Positions 25,371 through 37,249 of a stretch of DNA of 64,000 nt are shown piece by piece. The DNA is from Chlorokybus atmophyticus (taxonomy: Eukaryota > Plantae > Mesostigma and Chlorokybus algae). The stretch's first letter is position 1. The number at the start of each line of letters is the position of its first letter. The notes beneath the pieces are model-generated. The model saw nothing but the letters and a program-made list of their open reading frames with translations, was not told the origin of the DNA and did no database searches. The position numbers were made by a program, and so were the translations under genes. Location of the stretch: the NCBI GenBank assembly GCA_009103225.1, contig RHPI01001132.1, positions 186,001 to 250,000 of the forward strand, written 5' to 3'.

Positions 25371-28300
25371 GTGTTGCTGGATATGATGATGCAGGTTACA
25401 TGGGCGACACCTGTGTCGACGTCAGTAGCGAGCTATGGAGTCCTTTGTCCGTATTGCCACATGCGCTTCGCCACACGCAACTCGGTCTACATGCACATTG
25501 TTAGCAGCAGGGTGTTCAAGCAAATCAAGCTGTATGGCGGCCAGCGTCCATTACAGTACGATGCGGGTCATGTTGAACCGGGAAGTTCGATCCCAGATGC
25601 GCACATGCTTGATGCTGAACGACCCCTCCAGGAGACACACGCACAGCAGCAACATAAGGAGGAGGAAGTGAACGAGGCTTTCAATGTGTGCGTGCCTGAG
25701 AAATCTGTGGCATGCCAACATGGAAGTGGAGGCGTCCCTTCGCACGTATCGGAATCCAGGTGGTATGGCTCGGAGCATGCTCTTGCAGTGGCATTTGTGC
25801 AATGCAACAACGGCCAAGGCCTGTCGGCCTCCAACATGGGCGGAACATCAAGCGCATCCAAAATGCACACTTCCTGACGGAAGAGCTCCAGTGGGAGACC
25901 GGTGTGCATGTGTGGCCAGCTACCTCCGGACTACAATTGCTTTCTCTCAGTCTCAGGTGTGTTCACGGTGTGCGGTGCATGTGCTTCAACCATCAGAGCC
26001 ATGTCACATATGCACATGCGAGTGTGCTGTCGTATTGTAACTACGTGACGGCTGATCTGCGCAAGCCTAGAGACCCTGCGGATCAGGACATCAGCGTCAC
26101 ATATATGCAGGCCAAGGTTTGTAAAATCAGTATTTAATGCAGTATCTAGTCTGAGGCCAGCATGCCTGTTAATGGTCGCAGCAGGTATGGTTTGCGCGGA
26201 TGTATGGCAATCCACATGCTGCTGATGGCTTCAATCTCTAGTATAATGGTGACGAGCACAGCTTTAGCCATCCTTCCACGGGCGATTGGTGGAAGGATGT
26301 GGAGGTGGATTTGAGCAGAGAGGTGGGGGAAGCGTCCTACTTGGCGCCTGCCCTTATGTACAGTGACAAGACCACGCTAGGTAGCGCGGGCAAGCGCTTT
26401 AGCTACCCTCTGGTGGCATCGCTTGCCAACTACAGCGGGGACATGTATGCTAGCAACATGGGGGTTGTTATGATAGCGCTTCTGCCGGTGGTTCACGCCC
26501 CCGCCCGGGCATCCAACCTGGGCGCAGGGCAAGGAATCGTTCTTAATTCAAAAACGTGAGGTTTTCAATGACGCTTTTAATGTAGTGTTAGGGGATGTGA
26601 AGCGGGCGAGCTGGGAAGGTCTGCAGCTCATTGACCCGAATGGCTTCGAGCGTCGTGTGTTTCCGCGCTTGCCAACTACATCAGCGACTTGCAGGTAGTG
26701 GGCATGCATGGTTGTAACCGGATGCAGCCTGTTGGCAAACAATGCATGAAGGATGTTGTCCGTGGAGCATCTGAGTTTATCGCGTTGCAGGAGACTGCCA
26801 CACTCGCACGCACTGAGTTGGGCAACCAAACACGACATCCTTGCGATGTTCGTTTCATCACCAAATCAGATCTGTTGGAGATGGATGAAGACCGATAATT
26901 GAGAACCGAGGCTTTCTATACATCAGCAATACGTCAGCTGCGGGCGGACCTGCATAGCGGTGTTAGGAATGCACGCCACATAGCCAAGGCTTTTAAAGAG
27001 CAGCACTCCATGCATGTCGAGGAGGTAATGGTCAATTACTAGCATTCGTGAGGACGAATGGCTTTCTGTGTAACCAGGCAATGTGGTTTGGCAGCAGAAT
27101 GCACTGTGAGGTTGGCGAGCGTCGCAGGTGCCGGGAGCTGACTGCTACTCTCATCTTGCCCCTGACGCAATGCGTGTGCTCGGATGCATGATTAACCACC
27201 AGCTTGCTGCTGTGTACGACGCTGCGAAGGAACGCATGCGTCCATCCACGAAACAGATTCTGCAGGCCAGGCACGTCTTTGGTGTTACTTTTGTGTTGAA
27301 CACAAAAGCCAATGACACGTGCTCACAAGCAGATGTGCACAGGCTGAATGCATGCAAGGCGACTCTACGGATTTCGCACTTCATGGCACCCATATGCACA
27401 GTGGATTTCTTTCTGTCCGACCACTTCTTTTAGGTGGTGGAGACAATGGCGGTGCTGCAGCGGCTGCCGGTCCTTGCAGACGGTTTGCTGCTTGACAGTG
27501 AGGGCAACGACTTCTTCACCATTGCTGCCGCATCGCTTGCCCAGTGGAACAAGAGGTTCAAGGCGCGTGAACACACAAGAGAGACCCTGACCACAGCTGA
27601 CGACGAGCTGACTGCCTTCAGATCAGCAGTGTTGCATCCGCTGCTGTCGTCATAATCTGCACAAAAGTTAGGTTGGAAGATCGAGAAGATGCATCAGCTC
27701 ACTCATTTTGGGCCGGCACTTGTCGGCACTTGTGGACACCCGAATTGGTTCAGCGCCAACCGCATAGAGCGGACGCACGCTCAAAGTATTAAACAGTGGG
27801 CACATGGTGGCAACAACTGGGACTACCATGCGCGTATCCTGAAGGCATGGAGCTGTGCGGAATATGTGAGAGAGGATGGCACGGTCGTGGATCCCAAGAT
27901 GCGCTCGATCATAGCGCAGACGCGGCAGCAGTGCTGTAATGTAATGGAGAAGATGGACAAGTTGCTACAGATGGATGTGCTGATAAAGAGGGAGTTCAGC
28001 CCGTACCGGAGTGGTTTTACGCGTAGCCGCCCAATCGCTCGGAAGACTCCATTCGCCGACAAGCTGCCTGCCACTCTGAACAGCTGGTTGAGGAGGGAAC
28101 AACTAGAGTTGGCCGACGGGTGGCGTGCTGTTCGCGTGGTGAACGGAGGTGCAGCGGTGTCATGACATCCGGAGTCAGCATGGTGCACGCAACTGGGATG
28201 TTCCATGGGCGGCCTTGGTTCTCTACACTTTAGTTGGAAGGTGATGAGGACGGTATAAACGTGACTGTGGTGGGCTCGGGCACTCCTTTTTTAAGCGCGT

Positions 28301-28558
28301 GGTGGGGTGGGGTGGTAGCGGCGGGCGCGTGTGGCAGGAGGTCGTGTTTGTCCGCTGGTACACGATGCTAGATGTGACGAGCGACACAAAGTGCATGGCT
28401 CTGGAATGGAAAAAGTGTCGAGGGGGGGGTCCACATTCGGTGTCGTGACTCTGGAGCAAGTAAAAGGCATTGTCCAGCTGTTCCCCATGCTTGATAAGGA
28501 GAGCACCCGTGTACAAGAGGGCAAGTATTGGGTGTACGTTTACTGCACTACCACGTAA
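25371..28558 (+). mobile_element. Plavaka-type transposase gene (intron-containing, disrupted)
   Basis: N-terminal C2H2-like finger CPYCHMRFATRNSVYMH. Core blocks LAPALMYSDKTTLG...YPLVASLAN...IALLP, HLAPDAMRVLG and LGWKIEKMHQLTH...GHPNWFSANRIERTHAQSIKQW. C-terminal VVTLEQVKGIVQLFP...YWV. Order and content match Plavaka transposases as I recall them. At least one in-frame stop (about 27653). Confidence 0.7.
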
Positions 28559-28760
28559 CACATGTACTTGTCACCTACTCTGCATTTGGAGCATATCAAT
28601 TGGTTAGGCATTGCTAATCGTATGCTAAGACTTTTGCATGTGGACGTGCACAATACTGGGCAGCTGTTACTGCACAACTGTTACCACAATCAAATATTAA
28701 ATGCAACATTCAACAATTAGTCAGCTGTGTGCCATTAAGCATCAATACAATGCACCACAC

Positions 28761-30450
28761 TCAAGCCTCATAGTTCCATGACACAGGAGGGTAGTCACAG
28801 CGCAAATCCCTTGTTTCAATCATGAGACACCCTATGCACTCCGCCATTGCGGGAGGAACTGCATTCGCTATGGTAACGGTTGAGGTCATCCATGGCACTC
28901 TCAGCGCTGCTTGCCATGCAGCAATGCCGCCCTTAGTGCTTGGAAGGCCATAGAGGTACATTTGCTGTGGCGCGCTTGATGTCACAATTGTCTTCTTCGC
29001 GCTAGCGGACAGGTGCGTCGATAGCAGTCCAACCGCCTTGCCTGCGTGCGAGCAGCGTGCTGGTGGGGTAGCTACCGCTGGTGTGTCTCAAACAGACAGT
29101 GTTGGAAGGTTGATAGGCCAAACATCGTGCCACAAAGAGACAGATTGGGTCTGAATGAGGAAGCTGCTCCTGGCACATTCTCAATCACAACTTGACCCGG
29201 CTTGCAAGCAGCAGCTGTCGGACGAGCGGTATCATATCCTGGTGTCTCTAGGATGTGCCATGTGCCGCCCGTCAAGGTGCTGAGATAGCACCTGAATAGG
29301 CCTGGCATGGTGGACTGGCCCATATAAGCTCGTACTCGCTCGGCTCTTCTGCACTCAGGGTGCATACATCGCGGTGTACACATAAAGGGCAGCGGGTACT
29401 CAAAGGAGGGACTTATGCTATCCATTCCGGTCACGTCAAAGCCTGCGTGATATTGACCGACACTGGCACCGCCACCACCACCGCCGCAAAATAGGTTGAG
29501 TGCCCTTGATCTGCGTGTGCGTTCAAGCTTGTTGTCGAATGGCGTGTATGTGGTCAAGCCTGGCCGTGGTGCTGGCCAGGGACTAACAATGATGCCGTCC
29601 GGGCTTACTTTGCGATTGACATTCTCCCCTCCGGCGCGCAAAACATGGTGTGCCCCGTCAACTGATGTGTACGCGAATACGTTGTGCCCTTTGAAGTTGA
29701 TAGTTTGTGGTCGATCATCGTCATTGAATACTATACGGTGCTGCCCTGCAAAGCCATTTTTCATTGCACCATGCATATATGATGCGTCCTCAATCTCGCA
29801 CGCTAAGAAGCGATGCTGACCTGACGCTTGCTTGAATGATTCCACAACGCCCGCATACCATTCCCCATCCAGCGGCCAATGCAGTGCGCTGTATAACGGT
29901 CGATGGTCTGCCTCCTCTACAGCGGCCAGGGGGTGGAACTGCCCACGCCCAAACCGTGAAAGACTGCTCTGAATGCGACAACAGCTTCAACTTGCATAAA
30001 ATAAGCATACGCCAAACATAACATGCAGTGATACGTCGCTGTTCACTCTGTCGCATTACCTCCACACCATCCACCATATGTCCACTAACCACATGTCCCG
30101 ATGTTGTCCATGTGAAGAAGCGCATGGGTTCCCCTCGCCACTCGAAGCATGAGCGCGAGCACGCTTCGCACACGCACTGCACGCTTCGCACACGCACTGC
30201 ACGCAATGGAAAAACTCGGGTTCCTTGCACGCCACTTTGCCAAAGCGGCAGCCAAACACGTCGACATTGTGTGTGGTGTGATGCCAGCAAGCAGCAGTAA
30301 AACCGTGGCACACTGTCTGCACTCGCTGGCATTCGGTTAAGTGTGCTCGCATTTGCTACCTACAGCCATTGGCACATATGTACGCATTGCATTGTGGGCA
30401 CACCAAGCATGGTCTCGTAGGTGAGGGGGATTCAACTGCTGCCGCCGAGA
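28761..30450 (-). pseudogene. Zn-finger + Tudor + phage-type C5 DNA-cytosine methyltransferase fusion gene (disrupted)
   Basis: Tudor HWPLDGEWYAGVVESFKQASG|QHRIVFNDDD after splicing a 75-nt GT-AG intron (29820-29746). Motif I LNLFCGGGGGGASVGQYHAGFDVTGMD; motif IV IWASPPCQAYS (SPPCQ at 29316-29302, shifted frame); HQDMIPLVRQLLLAS; motif VI VIENVPGA; LCGTMFGL...QHCLFE; motif X-like PWMT...IANAVPPAMAECIG. Two frameshifts and stops in the MTase part. Confidence 0.85.
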
Positions 30451-30589
30451 TCATGCAAAATATGAATCGGCACGGTCGCCCACAAACTGAGTGAGACTTT
30501 AGGGTATGGGCATCAATTTAGGGTTGCCAGCTTACGAACCATATGAGTCACACTTCAAGAAGCACGACTGTACCACGGACGGTATTACA

Positions 30590-30643
30590 GTACCATGCAT
30601 GGTACTACATCAGCATAAATGGTACTCCATCCATTAATGGTAC
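30590..30643. promoter_or_regulatory. GTACCAT motif cluster 2 (4 copies) upstream of the Tudor-MTase gene
   Basis: Copies at 30590, 30599, 30619 and 30637, plus a variant GTACCAC at 30570. Confidence 0.5.
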
Positions 30644-30950
30644 TACAGTACAAGGATACTCGCATACTACCACGATCGTAGAGTAATACAGTGCTGTCAT
30701 TTCATGGAACCCAGAGCGCTGTCCGAGTTTGTTGCTGTCAACCACGCTCTGAACCTGCAAGGTATGCAAGCCATGCACTGACTCATGCGCCGGGCAGTCA
30801 GTATACACATGTACAGCCACTGCTTCTGACAACAGCAGATCTCGGGTGCACCATGCACCATGCTGCAACTATACATGTACCTACATGGTTCACAGGTGTT
30901 CAACACAAAACTACAATACATGCACAATTGTTATCAAGGCAGGGGCCAAA

Positions 30951-33900
30951 TCACCGCCGACACGTTGGCGTCTTGCAGCAGGCGTGGCGACCAAAATGGG
31001 TGAGGTTGCTTGCACATAGAACACGCTTGTAGCTCCATAGATTTATTTGCCACGTGCTTCTGCTGGTATTTGATGCAGACATGGCACATTCTTTTCTTGC
31101 AACAAGGCGTCTCCCCATCCGCTGAGGGGGGGTGGGGTCTTCAATGCGACAATTCAGCACGCATGGTGCACGCGGGTGTGCAAGCTGCCTCTGCCACCAA
31201 ACTCTGTTATCGCGTTGCAGGCGCAGCGACTCCCATCTGAATGGCGCAACATAGCGCTCCACTGCCTGCTCGATCACCCGACGCCCATCTGCCGCCATAC
31301 ACCACCTGCTGGTCTTAGTGGTCTCGTCCAGCATGCGTTCATTCAGGCCGTCGACATGGCTGTCGTCACTCGTGTAATCGCCCACATCGCCATCTTCTTC
31401 AAGCTTCCACAGAATCAGCTCGACATGCCGTATGACATATAGCCACTGCCAGCCAAAGCATGCCAAGTACAGCTCTTATGGTTTTACTTGCCACCGAGTA
31501 TGTTTGTTCAGGTAGTGGCACACATCTCGACCCGCATCAGTCGACATGTACATCTATTGCAGCAGTTCTGCTCCGCGGATAGCTCTTGCACATTGCCGGG
31601 TTGCTGCGGCAACAACACCACCATCATATCGAGGACGGCAAGGGGCAACAACGTATTATGGCAGGCAATGTCGTGTTTGGGTTTCAACCACGGCCAATCC
31701 CCAGAGGTCTGTTTAGACCGCACTCTTCGCGTTTGCTCCCACTTATTGCATACTTTCGTCGCTCACCTCGAGGCATGCCGCATGCGGTGATGCAGCGCGT
31801 CTTTGGCGTATTGTAGGGCGATCAAATCCTTTGCACAACGAGTCAGCCCCTCAAAGCGTCTGCGCGTCGGTGCTTTGATCTTATGCAGCTTGTGCCGCAC
31901 CGGCTGTCTCTCTGCACGATGCTGAGCAGCCACATGACACTGTAAACCAGCATGTGCATATTCAAGACACACAGTCAGCCCCAGTGAGGTTTCAAGGCGT
32001 TGTGCTTCTTCTAACTACATTGTAACGCTGCCTCACCTTTGCTTTTTGGTCCTGTCAGCATCCCTTGTGCTAACAACCTTTTTCTGTTTTTTTTGGTCAA
32101 CCTGCACATCCTTGCAGGCGCTCTCCGTGGCAATGTCACTTAGAGGAGGTAAGGCGTTATCTTCTTGCTCCACAGCTTTGCGCTTGTTGGTTGCCTCCCG
32201 TTCCTCCACGACCTCATGTTGCTTCGTGAGGTCGAGCATAAAGCCTTTGTCTTTTAGCGCAGCTTTCAAGACACCTCGATTAATCTCTTTACCAACAAGA
32301 CAGGCTGGGATCAATGTGGCAAGCTAAGAGGGAGAGGGCGAGCTATCGCTGCTTCGTGATGGAGATGCTCCCGGATGGTTAGAGTGCGGTGACAAGTGAG
32401 TCTCCGCAACAGGAATGGAGGGTGCTGACTTGTTATTGCGAGCATATGGCTATGGTTGAGGGAAGGCAGGATGTGCACAACAGTCGGCTACTTTTTGCCT
32501 AGCACACGAAGGCGAGGCCTGAGGCGTTGGCGCAGCACCAGGGTCGCAGCCAGTAGTAGCGAGGAATAGGCAACGCTGTTCCGCCACTCTCCGATCATGT
32601 CTGTTACCTCCGGTGGCACTTCTGGCATAGGCCACGACCATTGTTCGGTGCTTGCAGGCTTGAGGAGCAAAAAGTGTGCTTCTGGCTCATCGGAGCAGTG
32701 TTGCCCACCATCAGGACTAAGTTGAGGGCTTTCTTATTTCCAACCGAAACTGCGCTGACAGGCCGTGGCACCCACTCCCCATACTCGCGCTGAACGGTCA
32801 CGCAGCCAATTAACAACCCAGCCCAGCTTGTTGGCAAAAATGGTCATCTGCAGGTGCTCCACGTACACATCTTTTTTGCGCACGATCTGTCGCACCTTGG
32901 CCATGGCTATGTCAATGTTGCAATTGACATCAGCCAACATGCTCACAGGCAGTTTATCGTAATACTGCGCCATCTCTCCCGCGGCACCAGTGGCTCTGCA
33001 GAACTCTAAGATTCTGCTCACCACACCTGCATCGATAGCCTTGGCGGTGATTTTGCGGAGAGTGTCCCCCCTGCCGTCGTCATCCATGGTGTCCAGCATG
33101 GCCCAAAATCTGCTCGAGCTGGGGCACTTGTGATTATCTAGGACACTTTGCGCTATGGATGGCTTGGCGCGAAACACACAATAGTAGAAGCAATCACCAT
33201 CCGTTGGCGCATTGAAGTGGCCCCATGAGGCGAGCTGCCACCTAGCATGACTGATGGCCATATGCTGCGTTGCGGCCAGCTCCTCTGACGACTCACTGGC
33301 AGATGGTGACCCTTGCTGCATGCGCATACAGCACTCAATTGGTGTGTCCAACTGTCGACGGCAAGAGTCAAAGTGACTGATAAAGCACCTGAGCTTGGGG
33401 CAGACTGCCGGCTTCAACTTGCAACGGGTGGGGTAAGGTAGGTGCAGAAGCCACATCGGTTGTTGCATTGTGCTGTGGTCGCGCCGGTTGCGGCAAGAAG
33501 AATTGCTGCCCCGCAATCACCGGTGCTGCTCGTGGAGGAGACTGCAGTGCATGAAGGACTGGTGCCGCGCCAGGTGGATGCGCTCTGGCTGCTATGGGAG
33601 CAGGTGCGGCAAGTAAGACCACTTGTCCATGCAGCAAGGGGGCCTGTATATGGAACCCAGGATAAGATGGCTTATCATGTTGCAAAGGACGAATATAAGC
33701 TTATGCAGTGCCTGACGCATTGTTACCAAAGCACAAGCATAAAAGACAGCGACTTACTTCAATGGCCCGTGGGCTGCATGGAGCAGGGGAAGCCGTGGGG
33801 GCTGACAAGGTGGTATTGGGTGCACTCTCCCCGCCACTCTCAATCGCAGACTCGTCACGGAGCTCGTGAGCCATGGGCACAGGATGCGACACTGCCCCAT

Positions 33901-34959
33901 TGGACATTTCGGGATTCAACAAGCCAACATGCATGTAAACTGATGCCGCATTGCCGCTGCGCCCATCAACAAGTGGGATTGAAGGACCAGTTGATGGGAT
34001 TGAATCCAGGCTTGCTTAGGAGCTCCCACACGACCTAGTGCATTGTGGTGCTGTCAACCAATCACATGTGGGTTAGCTGCATGCTTGCGATACTGCAATT
34101 GCAATAGTCAGCTGCGTCACACCGACATCAGTTGGTTGCTTCGAATAGTCACCTGCAGCATTGCTGGTTGATGCGCAAATGATTGCATGCACTGCGTCAT
34201 TGCTGGTTGATGCAAAGCTGGTTGAATGCCGGACGAATGGCCACGCGCTCATGTGCGAAAACCCAGCCTACTTCATACGGCACGTGCGCGTGACTTCGTA
34301 CGCTCACGCACTACCTAGCATGCAAAGGTAGGCATGCATTGGAGGTGCATGCAGTCAACATGCACAGCGAGATTAGCAACAACACACCGCCGCCCAGCTC
34401 TGTCTGTCAAATCTGGCTTTTGCAATGTCGCCTTGACTGTGGGGTGGGTATGGGTAAATAGTGAAGGCTTGCAGCCACACTACATGTATTATATGGACGC
34501 GCAAGAAAAAACTTGCTCTTGCAAGGAAATGCATGTGACTGCTGAGCGTACCTCTGCAATTCTTTGTGCTTGTTCCCACAGTCGCAATTGGTCCCGCATG
34601 ATTCTGACAAGGGGCTCCAAGGATTGCAGCTCCTGATCCAATCGTCGTTGCAAAAAGCGAGCCACCCAGCAGCTCTCTGTGTAAAGATGGTTCTTAATGG
34701 CTTGCCTGCTGGTTTGTCCAATGTTGATGATGCATGTTGGACACCCCCATTGCTGACGCCTGCCATGATCCATGACGTGGCGCCCGGTAGTAGTTGGTTT
34801 TGCTTCTTGAACTTTTACGACCACAACTTCGCAAGATGTGCTACGTCGCCGCCGCCGCCGCCGCCTCCTACTCCTGGTCCTTCGCCTTTTAAACGAACCA
34901 AGGTCCACTATGCCTGACATTCGAGCCGTCATCGACTTGATGCCCTTGCGTGCCATCAT
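30951..34959 (-). pseudogene. Multi-exon cargo gene: C2HC zinc finger + OTU-like cysteine protease + unassigned C-terminal region (disrupted)
   Basis: WGCPTCIINIGQTSRQAIKNHLYTESC (ORF 34489-34959). OTU-like NAPTDGDCFYYCV...LRKITA...YVEHLQMTIFANKLGWVVNWL (ORF 32734-33516), with a candidate catalytic His in a shifted frame (LVLMVGN...KHTF). Whether all pieces form one gene is inferred. Confidence 0.55.
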
Positions 34960-35032
34960 CCAGCCATCAATGAAGCTTTTTGGGTGAGTGCACGCTAACT
35001 CCCACTAGGGCTGGTCGAGCAATGCCTCCGTC

Positions 35033-35180
35033 GTACCATGGTTGATACGACAGAGCCATAGTATGCCAATGGCTGGGTTGGACGAGAGATGCCTCTATCG
35101 TACCATTATTGTTACGCCCAAGCCATTGTTACCCTTGGTTGTACGAAGCAAGGATGGTACGAATGCATAAGTCGTACCAT
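35033..35180. promoter_or_regulatory. GTACCAT motif cluster 3 (4 copies) between two divergent cargo genes
   Basis: Copies at 35033, 35100, 35154 and 35174, between ATG 34959 (-) and ORF start 35361 (+). Confidence 0.5.
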
Positions 35181-36868
35181 CAACCATAGGAGAAGGACGC
35201 ACTACAAGTGCGACTCTATTGCGGGACACTAGACATTAAAACCGCCTCATTTTCGTTTTCGCGCCTCGTACATTTGGGCGGGCCACCTGGCGGCGGCAGC
35301 GTTGGATGCGACAGCGTCACCATCAGCTAAGCAATCGGCACCCGACTATTAGTTAGAGAGATGCCTCGTGTTCCATCTGCAGGTGCACCTTGTCGTGGTG
35401 GTCGGCGCCCAAAGTCCACATTGCCCCCAGTGTTCAACCAGGCAACCGTCGCCAACCAGCAACAGCCACTCTTCGCCAACCAATCGCAGCAAGACTTCGT
35501 GCTAACGTCGAGCCCATCACAACAACTCCACCTGACACCGCAGTCGCAAGGGCAAGCTAAATGCATGCGTTCTTGATGCACTATGCACATTGCTTCTTGC
35601 TCAACTTTTAACTTTAATGCTTGCTTCTTTCATGACTAGCACAGTGACTCACTGCATGTGTGTTGGATACACTGTGCACGTTATTCTTCTTGCTTAACTG
35701 TGAGGGTTGCATCTTTCATGGATGGCAGCACGAGTCACGTGGTTGTGCTTGCAGAAGGTCAATTGAAACCCCCAACCCAAACGCATTTGGCCGTGACGTA
35801 GCAACCTCAGGCCGTCATTAACCCTCCAGCAAGCAAGTGGAAGATTGGCAACGAGGTAAGCATTGTATGACATTGTGACACTGTGACACTGTGTGTAATG
35901 GACTGTTCTTCTGTGGACAGCATTTGCGAGATGCCGTCGTTGAAATCATAAACGGCCACTAGGTAGAGAGCTACATTTATCTCAAGGAGGACACTGTTCG
36001 TAACGTCATGTGCCAGGTGCTATGAATGCTTTAAGACCTCAAAGCACCGTGACCAACCTGCCCGTAACAGGTAGTTGGCTTTGACTATGACGACGAGGCT
36101 AATGCGGCCAAGTTCGATGAGGTGTACTAGACGTCCAAGGAGTGCCCCTTCCACAGGGGTGTCGCCTTGAAGAAAGCTGCGCAGGTCCGGTCTGAGAACG
36201 TCACCAAGATCAAGCATGTCCTTAAAAAGGAGTACAAGTGGACACTGTTTAACAGCAACAAGCGCAAGTGAGTTGGGTCCCTCACCACCATGTCTGGTCT
36301 GCAACACTGCCTTCTTACTCAGCCTCCATACACACGTACGCATCTCGCCTATTGCCACCAATTCGATCAAGCACATCAACGCCCTAATGGACCCCAAGAC
36401 CCCAAAAGCGCAGATGCGCAACGCGCTCCATAATAAGTCATCGGCAGTATTATAGCCTAATGCAGGCTCTACTTGAACTATCTATATCGTGACTAATGCC
36501 TAGTTAGTATGACTTTCGCAGACAAGTTATGGCGGAAATTTGAGGTGACCGACAATGCAGACCCGGAGCGGAGGAGATACATCCATGAATGGGGCAATCC
36601 CATAATCTGGCAAATGATCGTGCAATGCTGGTCTTACGCCGTCACTACACCTGGTCGCCGGCAGCTGACAGTCAACCACCTCGCATACCTGTTGCTTACG
36701 GTGAGCACTCTGAACTCAATCACGAGCAATTTAGGAATGCTGTAGCCCCAAACTACAGGCTTGCAGACGCGCTACAGTGAATAGTGGCTTTCAATGCCAC
36801 TAAGACATGCCTGTAAACTACGCAGGTGGAGCGCATCTTAAAGGGCAAGGATGCAGACCCTCTCCTAC

Positions 36869-37178
36869 TGTAAAAAGGGGGGTGCTTCCGCTCCCTTTAA
36901 TCCCCTACCCCAACACCACCACCACAGCCACATCGCCGCCGCTGCTGGCAGCGCCGCGAAAGATCCCCTGGCTATGGCGGTCGCCGCGTTAGCAGCGCCG
37001 CCATGCGGCCGATATGGACTTGAGATAAGAGTCTCAAGTCGATATCGGTGTCACATAACACCTTATGAGGGCCTAAAAAGGCCCTCATACAACTCTAATG
37101 GCTGTGTTTATGCCGTTGGGACCCTTATTTCTCATTAAATAAGGGCGGGGAACCGCATAGCGGCAGCACTCCCTTACA
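36869..37178 (-). repeat. 3' LTR of chromovirus
   Basis: Homologous to 43366-43666; TG...CA termini; adjacent to the PPT. Confidence 0.93.
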
Positions 37179-37249
37179 TTCCCCCCCACTTGGGTTTTAA
37201 TGTCCTTATTGAGGGGTTAGCAAGGCCCCACCGTGAGCATTGAAAACCT

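Noticed and set aside
30951-31466. HVD motif as a possible TET/JBP or other 2OG-Fe(II) dioxygenase (expected cargo of Plavaka/KDZ elements)
   Set aside because: No distal His or Arg strand pattern could be found downstream, and HxD alone is insufficient. Left unassigned; an HHpred search would settle it.
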